Below are positions 9,326 through 20,568 of a DNA stretch of 64,000 nucleotides, one piece after another. Numbering within the stretch: position 1 is the stretch's first letter; every line of letters starts with the position of its first letter. The stretch comes from Alphaproteobacteria bacterium. GTDB lineage: Bacteria; Pseudomonadota; Alphaproteobacteria; RF32; CAG-239. Below the pieces are notes generated by a model, which was given only the letters and a program-made list of their open reading frames with translations, was not told the DNA's origin and did not search any database. The DNA is taken from positions 275-64,274 of the forward strand of contig SUUR01000007.1 in the NCBI GenBank assembly GCA_015062435.1, given 5' to 3'. Position numbers and translations under genes: made by a program.

Positions 9326-12300
9326 TGTTTTCACAATATTTTATAGACAAGCCAAGATTTGCCGGAGTGATTTCAATCATTATGATATTATTGGGATTGT
9401 TGGCAATTGTTGTATTACCGGTATCACAATATCCGCAAATAACACCTCCGCAAATTGTTGTAAAGACAACATATCCTGGAGCTAATGCGCAAGTTTTGGT
9501 AGATACGGTGGCGATTCCTATTGAAAATCAAATTAATGGTGTGGAAGATATGCTTTATATGTCATCAACCTCAGATGACAATGGTTCTTACAATTTAACC
9601 ATAACCTTTGATGTTGGTACAGATCCGGATATTGCTCAGGTAAAAGTTCAAAATCGTTTACAACAAGTCACATCACAACTACCGGATATTGTAAATAAAG
9701 AAGGTTTGGAAGTAAGTACCCAAACTTCCAATATTTTGGGGATGTTGGTTTTGCGTTCTCCGAATAATACTTACAATGATTTATATTTAAGTAATTTTGC
9801 CTATACCAATATTCAAAATCCGCTGAGCAGAATAAACGGAATTGGAGATGTTTCTATTTATGGCCCGCAGTATTCAATGCGCATTTGGCTTAATCCTGAA
9901 AAACTATCATCTCTTGGTCTAGATAGTAATGATGTCATTAATGCTATATCCACACAAAATGTTCAATCAGGAATAGGTACTATCGGGAGTGCTCCCAGTG
10001 CGGACAATACTTCGGTTGTATTATCTTTGACCGCTAAGGGGTTATTGGACAATGTAGATGATTTTAAAAATATCATTGTAACAACTTCACCTGATGGAGG
10101 CACAATAAGAATCAAAGATATTGCCAGAGTAGAGTTGGGAGCAGATACTTATCAGATGAATGCACGTTATAATAATTCACCGTCTGTTATTATAGGATTG
10201 AGTCAAACCCCAAATTCCAACTCTTTAAAAACGATGGAAGCCGTAAAAAAAGAAATTGAAAATTTAAGCAAAACATTTCCCGCAGACATGGAATTTAAAG
10301 TTGCATACGATTCCACAGATTTTGTAAGAGCTTCAATAGAGAGTATTATCGAAACATTAATTATAACATTTTCTTTGGTTATACTTGTGACATATGTATT
10401 TTTGCAAAAAGTACGCACTACTTTAATCCCCTTAATCACCATACCGGTATCACTGATTGCCACTTTTGCGGTAATTTATTTATTGGGTTTTGATATAAAT
10501 ATTTTAACTTTATTTGCCATGATTTTAGCAATCGGTTTAGTTGTAGATGATGCTATAATCGTGGTTGAGCGAGTTGAGTATTTAATGGCGTATGAAAAAT
10601 TAGATGCGGTAGAAGCATCTAAGAAAGCCATGCATCAAATTGCCAGCGCCATAATTGCAACAACATTTGTGTTGTTATCTATTTTTATACCTGTTGGTTT
10701 AATGGCAGGCATTACCGGTAAAATATATCAACAATTTGCGGTTACTATTGCAACGGCAGTAGTTTTTTCTGCTTTTAATGCCTTAACATTATCGCCGGCT
10801 TTATGTGCAGTGTTTTTAAGCAAAGATACAAACGTAAAATCTCATGTTATTTTCCAAAAATTTGATAATATGATAGACTATTTTAAGAATAAATATCTTA
10901 AAGTTGTCGGTTGGTTTTCAACCAATCTCAAAATTACAACCATAGTTATTTTACTGACAATCATGCTAGTATTTATAGGATTTAAATTAACAGCAACATC
11001 ATTTTTACCGGAAGAAGATCAGGGGATAATATTTGCCAATATTCAGTTGCCGGATACGGCCACCATAAACCAAACAAACAATGTGTTGGAAGAAGTTGGT
11101 AAAAATGTATTAAAAATGGAAGGTGTTAAATATTTTATTTCGGTAGCCGGATATTCCATGCTTGGCGGTGGTGGAGAAAACGTTGCTTTAGGAGTAGTAG
11201 GTCTTGCCCCTTGGTCAGAACGCAAATCACAAAATTTGTCATCAGCTTCAATAATTCAGCATCTGACACAAGAATATAAGACATCAGCAAACGCAGAAAT
11301 AAACTTTTTTGCTCCACCGGCAATACCTGGCATCGGTCAGAGTGATGGTTTATCAATGGAGCTGCTGGCAACAGACGGATCAACCACGCCTTCACAATTA
11401 TTCACCGAACTTGAAAAGTTTTTACAAGAATTAAACAAATCTTCAGATTTATCTTATGCATTCAGTACTTTTACTGCCGATACACCGCATATTTATCTTG
11501 ATATAGATAGAACCAAGTTAGAGAGTTATAAGATTCCGGTTTCAAACTTATTTTCTACACTTTCTAATAACTTGGGTTCAAGATATGTTAATAATATAAC
11601 ACTAAGCGGACAAGTAAATAAGGTTATTGTTCAAGCAGATTTTCCTTATCGAAGAAATATAGAAGATGTTCAAAATTTATATGTTAAGACATTAGATAAT
11701 CAATTGATTCAAGCTAAGAGTTTTGCAGATATAAAAGTAACCCTTTCACCCAAAACTGTTTCACGTTATAATCAGTATACTGCAGCTGCGATTACGGCAC
11801 AAACATCTCCGGATACCAGTACCGGTACTGCTATCGATTCTATAATTAACATCAAGAAACAAACACTTCCTGAAACTTATGAAGTGTCATGGACTGGTCT
11901 GAGTTTACAAGAAGTTGAAGCATCAGGAGTTGCAAGCTTCTTGATTGCATTGGCTTTGGTATTTTGTTATCTGTTTTTGGTCGCATTATATGAAAGTTGG
12001 ATGCTTGCTTTTGCTGTAATGTTTTCTACGGTTTTTGCGATATTAGGAGCGCTGGTCGGTTTGCATCTTATGAGCCAATCTTTAAGTATCTATGCACAAT
12101 TGGGATTAATAATGTTAATAGGTTTGGCAGCCAAAAACGCAATTTTGATTGTGGAATTCACCAAGTCATATAGAGAACAAGGTGACAGTATTTTAGAAGC
12201 CTCAAAAAAAGGAGCAGGAGAAAGGTTCAGAGCCGTATTGATGACTGCACTTACATTTATTTTGGGTGTGTTCCCAATGATAATTGCTACCGGAGCCGGT

Positions 12301-12465
12301 GCCTCAAGTCAAAAAGCTATCGGTACATCTGTTTTTTACGGAATGATTGCTGCCACATTTATCGGTATAATATTTATTCCTGCTTTGTTTGCGCTATTTG
12401 AAACCATCAAAGAATGGAGCTACAACAAAGATAAAGAGGGGGAGGGAGAAGATGAAAATAACTGA
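9325..12465 (+). CDS. RND efflux permease (AcrB/AcrD/AcrF family)
   Basis: 1046 aa with 12-TM topology and two large periplasmic loops. Typical [19 protein letters not shown] start and [10 protein letters not shown] motif. Its start overlaps the MFP stop (TAATG). Confidence 0.95.
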   Translation: MFSQYFIDKPRFAGVISIIMILLGLLAIVVLPVSQYPQITPPQIVVKTTYPGANAQVLVDTVAIPIENQINGVEDMLYMSSTSDDNGSYNLTITFDVGTDPDIAQVKVQNRLQQVTSQLPDIVNKEGLEVSTQTSNILGMLVLRSPNNTYNDLYLSNFAYTNIQNPLSRINGIGDVSIYGPQYSMRIWLNPEKLSSLGLDSNDVINAISTQNVQSGIGTIGSAPSADNTSVVLSLTAKGLLDNVDDFKNIIVTTSPDGGTIRIKDIARVELGADTYQMNARYNNSPSVIIGLSQTPNSNSLKTMEAVKKEIENLSKTFPADMEFKVAYDSTDFVRASIESIIETLIITFSLVILVTYVFLQKVRTTLIPLITIPVSLIATFAVIYLLGFDINILTLFAMILAIGLVVDDAIIVVERVEYLMAYEKLDAVEASKKAMHQIASAIIATTFVLLSIFIPVGLMAGITGKIYQQFAVTIATAVVFSAFNALTLSPALCAVFLSKDTNVKSHVIFQKFDNMIDYFKNKYLKVVGWFSTNLKITTIVILLTIMLVFIGFKLTATSFLPEEDQGIIFANIQLPDTATINQTNNVLEEVGKNVLKMEGVKYFISVAGYSMLGGGGENVALGVVGLAPWSERKSQNLSSASIIQHLTQEYKTSANAEINFFAPPAIPGIGQSDGLSMELLATDGSTTPSQLFTELEKFLQELNKSSDLSYAFSTFTADTPHIYLDIDRTKLESYKIPVSNLFSTLSNNLGSRYVNNITLSGQVNKVIVQADFPYRRNIEDVQNLYVKTLDNQLIQAKSFADIKVTLSPKTVSRYNQYTAAAITAQTSPDTSTGTAIDSIINIKKQTLPETYEVSWTGLSLQEVEASGVASFLIALALVFCYLFLVALYESWMLAFAVMFSTVFAILGALVGLHLMSQSLSIYAQLGLIMLIGLAAKNAILIVEFTKSYREQGDSILEASKKGAGERFRAVLMTALTFILGVFPMIIATGAGASSQKAIGTSVFYGMIAATFIGIIFIPALFALFETIKEWSYNKDKEGEGEDENN

Positions 12466-13885
12466 ATTATGGTTATTAAGTACTGTTGCCGTTATATGTT
12501 CTTGTAGTGTTGGTCCTGATTACAGACGTCCGCAATTTTTTCCGGAAGAAGATGTTGCTGATAGCCTTCGAGCAAGTGGCCAAACACAAGAGATCAATAA
12601 AGAATGGTACAAGCAATTTCAAGACCCGTTTTTAAATACTCTTATCGCTAGAGGCTTACAAGATAGTCCTTCTATTGAAATTGCTGTTCAAAAACTACGG
12701 CAAGCTCGTCACACATTAAGTATTTATGGCGTTAAAAATTTTCCGACAATAGATGGTAGCGGTAGTTATAATTATAATAAAGACAGCATAACTTATGGCA
12801 CATCTGTATCAACAGAATATTTTCAGACCGGATTTGATGTATCATGGGAATTAGATATATGGGGCGGAGGACGCAGGTTGACTGAAAGCGCATTGGCAAT
12901 GGTCAGATCAGCATCTGCAAATTTAGATAACGTTCGTATCAGTTTGATAGCGGAAATAGCTAGCAATTATTACCAATTACGTCAATCACAAGAACAGCTT
13001 AAAATTGCTAAGCAAAGCCTTAAATTACAGCAAGAAATTGCTTCACTTGTAAAAGAAAAACATAAATTCGGACTTGCGGATAATATTGCATTAAATCAAT
13101 CTGAATATTTAGTACAAACCACAAAAATGCAAATTCCTGAATTGGAAACAAACATAGAGCAACTGTTAAATAATATATCCGTTCTCACCGGAAAATTACC
13201 GGGACAAATAAATAATTTATTGATTAATCCTGAAACCAACCCTGTATCAAACAAGTTTGAATATGATATTAAAGGTTTATATGACTTGCCGTTAGATGTT
13301 GTTCGAAACAGACCGGATATCAGAGAAGCAGAAAACAATCTTATTTCTCAAAACGCCAAAATCGGAGAAGCTATATCTCAAATGTTTCCCAACATAAGTA
13401 TCAGCGGATTTTTGGGTTGGCAAAGCAAACATCTGTCAAACATGTTTAATTCTCAAAAAGATGCATATAGTTATTCTCCGACAATATCACTTCCGTTATT
13501 TCATTGGGGAGCGTTAATCAATAATGTGAAATTGCAAAAATCAATAAAAGAAGAACAGTTACAATTGTACAAATCAAGTATTTTAACCGCAATTTCAGAA
13601 ATACGAACAAGTGTTAGTGATATTATGCAAGAATATAAACATAATCAATCTGCTTACCGAGCACAAATAGCACAACAACAGGTTTCAGAGCTGACATTGA
13701 TTAAATACAAACAAGGATTACTTGATTTCTCGGAAGTATTGACAGCTGAACAGAATTTGCTTTCAGCTCAAACCAATACCATCAGCAGTAATACGGACAT
13801 TTATTTAAAACTGATAAGTTTTTACAAAGCTGTCGGAGGAGGATATGCTACCACCAAAAAGGCTCATAATTGTGGTATACATTGA
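12452..13885 (+). CDS. efflux outer-membrane factor lipoprotein (NodT family)
   Basis: Lipobox VICSC followed by VGPDYRRP, and a C-terminal KAVGGGY. I chose the ATG at 12452, preceded by GAGGGGGAGGGAG and overlapping the RND stop by 14 nt, over the track start at 12389. Confidence 0.9.
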   Translation: MKITELWLLSTVAVICSCSVGPDYRRPQFFPEEDVADSLRASGQTQEINKEWYKQFQDPFLNTLIARGLQDSPSIEIAVQKLRQARHTLSIYGVKNFPTIDGSGSYNYNKDSITYGTSVSTEYFQTGFDVSWELDIWGGGRRLTESALAMVRSASANLDNVRISLIAEIASNYYQLRQSQEQLKIAKQSLKLQQEIASLVKEKHKFGLADNIALNQSEYLVQTTKMQIPELETNIEQLLNNISVLTGKLPGQINNLLINPETNPVSNKFEYDIKGLYDLPLDVVRNRPDIREAENNLISQNAKIGEAISQMFPNISISGFLGWQSKHLSNMFNSQKDAYSYSPTISLPLFHWGALINNVKLQKSIKEEQLQLYKSSILTAISEIRTSVSDIMQEYKHNQSAYRAQIAQQQVSELTLIKYKQGLLDFSEVLTAEQNLLSAQTNTISSNTDIYLKLISFYKAVGGGYATTKKAHNCGIH

Positions 13886-14288
13886 TGTTTGTAATTTCCG
13901 GTATATGATGGAAACGATGATAATATCCTAAATTTTCCATGCAATCACGATATTCCGCCGGATCAATATCTTGATCATCATGACGAGAATTAACGATTAA
14001 AGGTTGCGCACCGGCATAAGGAATATAACTGGCCCAGATTCCTTTATCAGACTTCCAATCGGCACGAGTATCAAGCTTAACCTCTTCAGTATAGAACCAA
14101 CCGTGAAAATCAGGAATAAACTGAATATCTTTGGCTTCAATCAAACAAGCAGCATGATCTCTTGAAAATTTTTCAACACCGGTATTGGGCCTTTCCCAAT
14201 GAAACACAACTTGCCCATCTCCTTTAGAAAACAAAGTACAAGAGCAAACAAAGCTACAAAGTAAAAATAATTTCATAAATATTTTCAT
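13848..14288 (-). CDS. hypothetical lipoprotein
   Basis: Signal peptide with a lipobox-like FVCSC. No family recognised. Its 3' end overlaps the convergent OMF gene by 38 nt. Confidence 0.5.
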   Translation of the reverse strand: MKIFMKLFLLCSFVCSCTLFSKGDGQVVFHWERPNTGVEKFSRDHAACLIEAKDIQFIPDFHGWFYTEEVKLDTRADWKSDKGIWASYIPYAGAQPLIVNSRHDDQDIDPAEYRDCMENLGYYHRFHHIPEITNINVYHNYEPFWW

Positions 14289-14297
14289 TATTCCTCA

Positions 14298-14963
14298 CTA
14301 AAAATCTAAGTTTGCATAATGTTTAGTTGGTAAAATTCCCCTGATATTATCCTTCAAAATATCCTTAAAAGATGGTCTGGATTTTATTTTAGAATACCAA
14401 ATTTTGGCATTTCTGAATTCCTCCCATGGAATTCCCCCCAAATAATCGATTACGGATAATTGAGCAGCCGCAGACAAATCAGCTAATGATATTGTATCAG
14501 CTCCAAGATATTGTCGTTGTTCCAAAAGCCACTCAATATATTCCAAATGATAATTAAGATTATTCAGTCCGATTTTTATGATTTTTGAATCCGGAGCCAT
14601 TCCGGCAGCAAAACGTTTATGAACTTTCTCATAAACCAGATTTCTATATACTTCTCGATAAAACTTATTATCAAACCAATCAACAAGACGCCTGATTTCC
14701 GCTTTTTGTTCAACAGTACCGAAAATTAAAGATACATCATTTCTGGTTTCTTCCAAATACTCACTGATTGCATAATTTCCGCAAATAACAATACCATCAT
14801 TCAGGAGTATGGGTAATTCACCGGCGGGATTAAGTTTATAAACATCTTCTGATATTTTCCACGGTTCTTCCTCACGCAATACAAAGAGCATTTTTTTTTC
14901 ACTCATTTGCAATCTTATTTTGCGAGCAAAAGGAGAAATCGGATGATGAACAAGCAAAACCAT
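14298..14963 (-). CDS. glutathione S-transferase family protein
   Basis: Thioredoxin-like N-domain (HHPISPFARKIRLQM...LNPAGELPILLNDGIVICGNYAISEYLEE) plus a helical C-domain. Confidence 0.8.
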   Translation of the reverse strand: MVLLVHHPISPFARKIRLQMSEKKMLFVLREEEPWKISEDVYKLNPAGELPILLNDGIVICGNYAISEYLEETRNDVSLIFGTVEQKAEIRRLVDWFDNKFYREVYRNLVYEKVHKRFAAGMAPDSKIIKIGLNNLNYHLEYIEWLLEQRQYLGADTISLADLSAAAQLSVIDYLGGIPWEEFRNAKIWYSKIKSRPSFKDILKDNIRGILPTKHYANLDF

Positions 14964-15023
14964 TTAACTAACCTTTCAAAATATCTGTCATAATAACAGA
15001 TTCGCAACAAAGGTCAACTTGTA

Positions 15024-15869
15024 TTATTTAACAGTTTTTTCAAAATCCGGAGGTACGATTCCGATAGCATCTGCTTCAGCTTGATTAACCAAGTCTATAA
15101 CATTTTTTCTGATTTTTTCTATGTTTTCTGGATTTCTGAGATATTCTGTAAAAATATTATGCAAAGCTTGTCTGTGTCTGGATAATTGTGAGATGCCGAT
15201 AAACATCGGTATTTGCCACAAAGCTTGTTTGGCAACACTTATTTGTCCTCGCAGACCTAATTTTGAAGCTTCTATCAAGCCAAAATACTGGCTGGCTACA
15301 ATATAATCAATTTGGTGAGTAAAGAGCTTTTCAAACAGTTCATAAGAGGTGTTAACCTTTTCCACATTAAAAGCTTGCAGTTTTTCTTCAACGAAATCGC
15401 TGAAATATTCGCTTGCATGTCGGGCTCCTTTAAGTTTCTGCAAATCGTTTATATTTTTTACATCATTAATTCTCGCCGGTAGCATAAATATTGTAATCGG
15501 GTTAGTCAAAACAGCCGGATAAATAAGCTCGATTCCTCCGAAAATTTCTGTTTCATGATATGCACCCAAAAAGATATCTAAGTTTCCTTGTCTTACTGCA
15601 TTAGTAATTTTTTCTAAGTTCGGATTAGTTTTTTCGGAATCCAAAAGCAGCTTTTTTTCTTTAATTAAATCATTAATCATAGGGCGAAATACTGTATGAA
15701 AACTTTTCTTTTTAACATATCCGAAAGGAGGATATTCAGCAAAACCCGTCAATGCCGCATCTGCAAACATAGGTTTTCTGCGATAAACATTTTGAGCAGA
15801 CGTAAAATTACAAAATATAAATAACTCGCAAAATGTTATCAAACATGTTAAAAGTAATTTTTTTTTCAT
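15024..15869 (-). CDS. periplasmic substrate-binding protein (SBP family 3-like), orphan
   Basis: Signal peptide. Two-lobe layout with GFAEYPPFGY and LDIFLGAY resembles amino-acid-type SBPs. No permease or ATPase lies nearby. Confidence 0.55.
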   Translation of the reverse strand: MKKKLLLTCLITFCELFIFCNFTSAQNVYRRKPMFADAALTGFAEYPPFGYVKKKSFHTVFRPMINDLIKEKKLLLDSEKTNPNLEKITNAVRQGNLDIFLGAYHETEIFGGIELIYPAVLTNPITIFMLPARINDVKNINDLQKLKGARHASEYFSDFVEEKLQAFNVEKVNTSYELFEKLFTHQIDYIVASQYFGLIEASKLGLRGQISVAKQALWQIPMFIGISQLSRHRQALHNIFTEYLRNPENIEKIRKNVIDLVNQAEADAIGIVPPDFEKTVK

Positions 15870-15970
15870 TTTCTCAATCCTGATTAATAAAATTTACCAT
15901 TGAGTAACCATAATTGATTATAATCATAAACGAACATTGTTAAAAAAACTTTTATAAGGAAATAGTTTTT

Positions 15971-16345
15971 ATGGATCACTCTCAAAGTTATTCGCAAGTT
16001 CAGGTCAGCGGATTAAAGCAGACAGAGCTTGAAAGTCGGGCATTAGTACGCACGGCGGGTGCTCTTAACTATCTCAAGGAGCACTGGGAAGAACAACAGG
16101 GTGAGCTAAGTGAGGTATTAGAAAAAAACCGCAAATTATGGGCGATTCTGGCTTCAGCCATGAAAGAAGAAGATTGTCCTCAGCCGCTAGAGATAAAAAG
16201 AAACATTCTCAGTTTGGCAGTATTTGTATTCCAGAGAACAGTGGATATTTTGGCAAACCCTGAACCTAAAAAACTTGATGTTTTGATAAACATCAATATG
16301 AATTTGGCCAAAGGATTATCTGGTGATGGTGTTGAAAATAAATAA
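15971..16345 (+). CDS. flaF: flagellar biosynthesis regulator FlaF
   Basis: 124 aa. Its ELESRALVRTAGAL...NRKLWAILASAM...PLEIKRNILSLAVFVFQRT parallels, from memory, Caulobacter FlaF (NRRLWSTLATDC...LRAGIISLSLWV). Confidence 0.7.
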   Translation: MDHSQSYSQVQVSGLKQTELESRALVRTAGALNYLKEHWEEQQGELSEVLEKNRKLWAILASAMKEEDCPQPLEIKRNILSLAVFVFQRTVDILANPEPKKLDVLININMNLAKGLSGDGVENK

Positions 16346-16411
16346 ATTTTAAAATTTATTAAAAAAAATGTTGACGTAACGGATTAAATATATTATCTAT
16401 TGCATCACAAC

Positions 16412-16497
16412 GGGGGTATGGCGGAACTGGTAGACGCGCTAGACTCAAAATCTTGTGGCCTCAGGCCGTGTCAGTTCGAGTCTGACTACCCCTACCA
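16412..16497 (+). tRNA. tRNA-Leu (anticodon CAA)
   Basis: 86 nt. Acceptor GGGGGTA/TACCCCT (G1-U72 wobble), anticodon loop CTCAAAA, long variable arm TGGCCTCAGGCCGT, T arm GTCAG-TTCGAGT-CTGAC, encoded CCA. Confidence 0.9.
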
Positions 16498-16502
16498 ACT
16501 AA

Positions 16503-16535
16503 GGGCTCCTTTAACGGAGCCTTTTTTGTTTTTGG
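16503..16535 (+). terminator. rho-independent terminator after tRNA-Leu
   Basis: GGCTCC-TTTAAC-GGAGCC followed by TTTTTTGTTTTT. Confidence 0.7.
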
Positions 16536-16536
16536 A

Positions 16537-17853
16537 GTGAAATTGTTTAAGCTGAAAAAAACAGTTGATAACTACTTACAACAAGCCACAGATTTTTATT
16601 ATAATGAAGATTATGATAAATCACTAAAAGTGGTAGATGATGGTTTACAAAAATATCCGCAAAATTCACAATTGTTATTTCTTCGTGGAAATATTTTTTA
16701 TTGTTGGCAACAATACGATTCTGCGCTTAAAGCATATCTTCAGGCAAACGAGATAAAATCAGATAATAATTTGCTCATAAACATTGTAGATACTTATATC
16801 AGATTGCAAAAATATCCGGAAGCACAATATTATGTTTCAAAAATAGAGGGATATAATAAATATTTCTTATCGGGAAAAATTGCTTATAATCAATTTGATT
16901 ATTCAGATGCCGAAAAATATTTTGCACAAGCATTAGAGTTCGAAAAAAATGATTGTTGGCTATGGAATATGTTTTCACAAACATTGCAACAAAATAAAAA
17001 ATATTCTCAGTCATTAGATGCGTGTTTGCAGGCAATAAAAGTTAGTAACGGAGCTGATTCTCAACACCTTAATTTAGCTTATGCTTTATACGAAATATCA
17101 TTAGAGGTCGGTATTAAAACTGTATTACCATATTTACAAAAATGGCATGATTTATATCCTGATAATCATATTGTGCAACATAGTTGGAACAGTTTTTATC
17201 CAAATAAAAAATTTGATAGATCTTTATCTCAATACATTGAAGATGTTTTTGATAATTTTGCGGATTCTTTTGAAGAAGTTTTATCTGAGTTATCATATCA
17301 GGCTCCATTGTTGATAACTCAAAAAATAAAACAAATTTTTGCCAAAGATTTATTATCCGAAAAACGGATTCTTGATTTAGGATGTGGCACCGGATTATGT
17401 GCTGAAAATATAAAAAAAAACATGCCTGAATCACACTTTTATGGGGTTGATTTATCATCAAAAATGTTGGAAATTGCATCTCGCAAAAAAATTTATAAAA
17501 AACTGATAAAATCGGATATCGAAACTTATCTTCTGCGAATAAACAAAAAATATGATATAATTGTTGCATCAGACGTATTCACCTATTTTGGAAATCTGGA
17601 AAATATACTGTCATTATGTGCAAAAAATATCTACAAAAACGGAGCAATTTTTTTCACGATAAGTACAGATAAAACAGATAATGATTTTATGTGGAAACAA
17701 CACCTTTCTGGGCGCTTTTTACATAGTCAAAAATATGTCAGAGAATGTATAAAAAAAAGCGGATTCTGTAATGCTGATTTTGCAGATTCCATATTGCGTT
17801 CTGAAGGCGGAAAAAATGTTGAAGGATATATAGTTTTTGCAACTAAAAAATAA
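16537..17853 (+). CDS. TPR-repeat class I SAM-dependent methyltransferase (COG4976-like)
   Basis: N-terminal TPR-like repeats (YNEDYDKSLKVVDDGLQKYPQN...). C-terminal motif I ILDLGCGTGLCAE and DIIVASDVFTYFG. GTG start. Confidence 0.8.
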   Translation: MKLFKLKKTVDNYLQQATDFYYNEDYDKSLKVVDDGLQKYPQNSQLLFLRGNIFYCWQQYDSALKAYLQANEIKSDNNLLINIVDTYIRLQKYPEAQYYVSKIEGYNKYFLSGKIAYNQFDYSDAEKYFAQALEFEKNDCWLWNMFSQTLQQNKKYSQSLDACLQAIKVSNGADSQHLNLAYALYEISLEVGIKTVLPYLQKWHDLYPDNHIVQHSWNSFYPNKKFDRSLSQYIEDVFDNFADSFEEVLSELSYQAPLLITQKIKQIFAKDLLSEKRILDLGCGTGLCAENIKKNMPESHFYGVDLSSKMLEIASRKKIYKKLIKSDIETYLLRINKKYDIIVASDVFTYFGNLENILSLCAKNIYKNGAIFFTISTDKTDNDFMWKQHLSGRFLHSQKYVRECIKKSGFCNADFADSILRSEGGKNVEGYIVFATKK

Positions 17854-17887
17854 CAAAAAAAACTCCGTTTGAAACGGAGTTTTTTTT
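17854..17887. terminator. bidirectional terminator
   Basis: A-run, then ACTCCG-TTTGAAA-CGGAGT, then T-run. Shared by the convergent methyltransferase and DUF2934-like genes. Confidence 0.7.
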
Positions 17888-17909
17888 CTCAATTTTCACT
17901 CAAAAAAAA

Positions 17910-18143
17910 CTATTTTTTAGAAGATTTTTTTGCAGTGGTAGATTTTGTAGAAGCAGAGGATTTCTTAGAGCAAGAAGACTTTTTGCTGGAAGAAGAACTG
18001 CTTTTTTTGCTACAAGAAGACAAGCTGTTGATTTGCTCTACTGCCATAGACCAAAAATACTCATCTTGACCTTGAGGGCAACCGGCATTTTGCCAGATAA
18101 AATAAGCTGCTTCTTGAATAGCTTTTTCATTATTTTTAATCAT
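17910..18143 (-). CDS. DUF2934-like small protein with Ser/Lys-rich tail
   Basis: IQEAAYFIWQNAGCPQGQDEYFWSMAVEQI fits the AYxxWxxxGxPxGxxxxxW pattern of DUF2934. The C-terminal 35 aa are almost only S/K/C/T. I prefer the ATG at 18143, which has a GGAG 9 nt upstream, to the TTG at 18158. Confidence 0.6.
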   Translation of the reverse strand: MIKNNEKAIQEAAYFIWQNAGCPQGQDEYFWSMAVEQINSLSSCSKKSSSSSSKKSSCSKKSSASTKSTTAKKSSKK

Positions 18144-18268
18144 AATCACTAACTCCAAATAAAAGTTCGGTAAACAACACTAATATACAATCAAAAATTA
18201 ATACGTCAACACCTAATCAAAAAAAATGTAATTTTATTAAATATTTTTTATCAGAAGAATCAAAATAC

Positions 18269-18297
18269 TTGCATTTAAATACATTAGAATTTATAGA
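18269..18297 (+). promoter_or_regulatory. candidate sigma-70 promoter of the glgB operon
   Basis: TTGCAT - 17 nt - TATAGA, ~70 nt upstream of the glgB ATG. Confidence 0.3.
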
Positions 18298-18365
18298 ATA
18301 AATATTCAGATGTTTTTTTGCAAAAAAACACTGCTAATTATGTTGTTAATTTTAAGGAATTTCAG

Positions 18366-20558
18366 ATGGAAAACTTATTATCAAAAGAAGAGCTTGAAGC
18401 TGTAATTAATGGTGATCATGGTAATGTTTTTGCAGTACTTGGTATCCATAAAAATAAAGGTAGTAAAGAAGTTTTTATTCGTACATATCAACCCCATGCA
18501 AAAGAGATTGAGTTGGTTGATGCAAACGGAAATTCCTTAGGGCAAATGACTAAAATTGATGCTCGTGGATTTTATCAAATCAATCTTGGTAAAATTGAAA
18601 ATTTTTCCTATAAATTTCGTATCAAAAACGATATGGACGTTGTTTATGAAGTTGAGGATCCTTATCGATTTCCTTCCACATTGGGAGACATGGATGTATA
18701 CCTTTTGGCAGAAGGTAATCACCTTAATATGTATAAAAAGTTGGGTGCGCATCCTATGGAAATTGATGGTGTAAGAGGTGTCGGATTTGCAGTGTGGGCG
18801 CCTAACGCAAAAAGAGTAAGTGTTGTTGGTGAGTTTAACAATTGGGATGGTAGAGCCAATGTAATGCGCAAACATCCGACATGTGGAGTATGGGATATTT
18901 TTGTTCCGAGTATCAATGTAGGTGAATTATATAAATACGAGATAAAGACACATGATGGCTCAATTTTAGTAAAAGCTGATCCGGTTGCTTTTTATTCGGA
19001 AAAAAGACCTAATACGGCATCTATTGTTTATGATATCGATAACTATCAATGGGAAGATGGTAATTGGATGAACTACCGTCAGGAGCACAATTCTTTTGAT
19101 AAGCCGATGTCTATCTATGAAGTTCATTTAGGGTCTTGGCGTCGTAAAGACAACAATGATTATTACAGTTATAGAGAATTGGCAGATACTTTAGTTCCGT
19201 ATGTTGTTAACATGGGGTTTACACATGTGGAATTTTTACCTCTGACAGAACATCCGTTTGATGGTTCTTGGGGGTATCAGGTTATCGGAATGTTTGCCCC
19301 GACCAGTCGTTTTGGAACACCTGATGATTTGCGTTATCTGATAGATAAATTCCATCAAGCCGGCATTTCGGTAATTATGGATTGGGTGCCTGCGCACTTC
19401 CCCAAAGATGGACACGGATTAAATGAGTTTGACGGTACTCACTTGTACGAGCATGCGGATCCTCGTAAAGGTGAACATACTGACTGGGGTACAAAAATAT
19501 ATAATTATGGACGCACTGAAGTTATGAACTTTTTATGTGCCAGTGCGGTATATTGGTTGAAAGAGTTTCATATAGACGGATTGCGTGTAGATGCAGTTGC
19601 TTCGATGTTGTATTTGGATTATTCTCGTAAAAACGGAGAATGGATTCCCAATATTTATGGGGGCAATGAAAATATAGAGGCTATTTCATTTTTGCGCCGT
19701 ATGAATGAGTTGGCATATTCACAAACACAAGGAGCTGTCACCATTGCCGAAGAGTCGACTGCATGGCCGATGGTTTCTCGTCCTACCTCTATGGGTGGAC
19801 TTGGTTTCGGATATAAATGGAATATGGGGTGGATGAACGATACCTTAAAATATATTTCTCATGATCCCGTTCACAGAAAATATCATCATGGTATGCTTAC
19901 TTTTGGTTTGCTTTATGCCTTTAACGAGAACTTTATTTTGCCGATTTCTCATGATGAGGTTGTTCATGGAAAAGGTTCAATGTTATCCAAGATGCCCGGT
20001 GATGAATGGCAAAAATTTGCCAATCTTAGAGCATATTATGGTTTCATGTATACTCATCCCGGCAAAAAACTTTTATTTATGGGATGTGAGTTTGGACAAG
20101 ACTGGGAATGGAATGCAGAACAAGGTTTACGTTGGTTTTTGCTTGATCACCCTATGTATAAGGGAATGCAAAATTGTGTTAGAGATTTGAACCTTATGTA
20201 CAAAGGAAACGCTCCATTATATCAGCAAGATTTTGATTATCGTGGCTTTGAATGGATAGAACATTCTAATTCTGATGATAGCATTATATCTTATATGCGC
20301 AAAGGATATGCACCAGGTGATTATTTATTGGTTATATCCAATTTCACACCGGTTGTTCGTGAAAATTATCGTATAGGTGTTCCTGAAAATTGCCGTTATC
20401 AAGAAATTTTTAACAGTGATGATGTAAATTATTGGGGTAGTGGGGTTAAGAACGAAGGATTTATGCAAGCAACTGAAGGAGAATGGAATGGAAAACCTTA
20501 TTCCATCAGCTTGCGAGTTCCGCCACTGTCAACGATTGTTATAAAACCGATAAGATAG
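18366..20558 (+). CDS. glgB: 1,4-alpha-glucan branching enzyme
   Basis: GH13 motifs DWVPAHFPKD, GLRVDAVASMLY, AEESTAWP, SHDEVVHGK. I chose the ATG at 18366, preceded by AAGGA, over the TTG at 18318. Confidence 0.95.
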   Translation: MENLLSKEELEAVINGDHGNVFAVLGIHKNKGSKEVFIRTYQPHAKEIELVDANGNSLGQMTKIDARGFYQINLGKIENFSYKFRIKNDMDVVYEVEDPYRFPSTLGDMDVYLLAEGNHLNMYKKLGAHPMEIDGVRGVGFAVWAPNAKRVSVVGEFNNWDGRANVMRKHPTCGVWDIFVPSINVGELYKYEIKTHDGSILVKADPVAFYSEKRPNTASIVYDIDNYQWEDGNWMNYRQEHNSFDKPMSIYEVHLGSWRRKDNNDYYSYRELADTLVPYVVNMGFTHVEFLPLTEHPFDGSWGYQVIGMFAPTSRFGTPDDLRYLIDKFHQAGISVIMDWVPAHFPKDGHGLNEFDGTHLYEHADPRKGEHTDWGTKIYNYGRTEVMNFLCASAVYWLKEFHIDGLRVDAVASMLYLDYSRKNGEWIPNIYGGNENIEAISFLRRMNELAYSQTQGAVTIAEESTAWPMVSRPTSMGGLGFGYKWNMGWMNDTLKYISHDPVHRKYHHGMLTFGLLYAFNENFILPISHDEVVHGKGSMLSKMPGDEWQKFANLRAYYGFMYTHPGKKLLFMGCEFGQDWEWNAEQGLRWFLLDHPMYKGMQNCVRDLNLMYKGNAPLYQQDFDYRGFEWIEHSNSDDSIISYMRKGYAPGDYLLVISNFTPVVRENYRIGVPENCRYQEIFNSDDVNYWGSGVKNEGFMQATEGEWNGKPYSISLRVPPLSTIVIKPIR

Positions 20559-20568
20559 AGGTACATAT

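Noticed and set aside
17869-18069. 66-aa plus-strand ORF (EDFFAVVDFVEAEDFLEQEDFLLEEE...)
   Set aside because: It is the antisense translation of the Ser/Lys-rich tail of the DUF2934-like gene, and it begins inside the bidirectional terminator.
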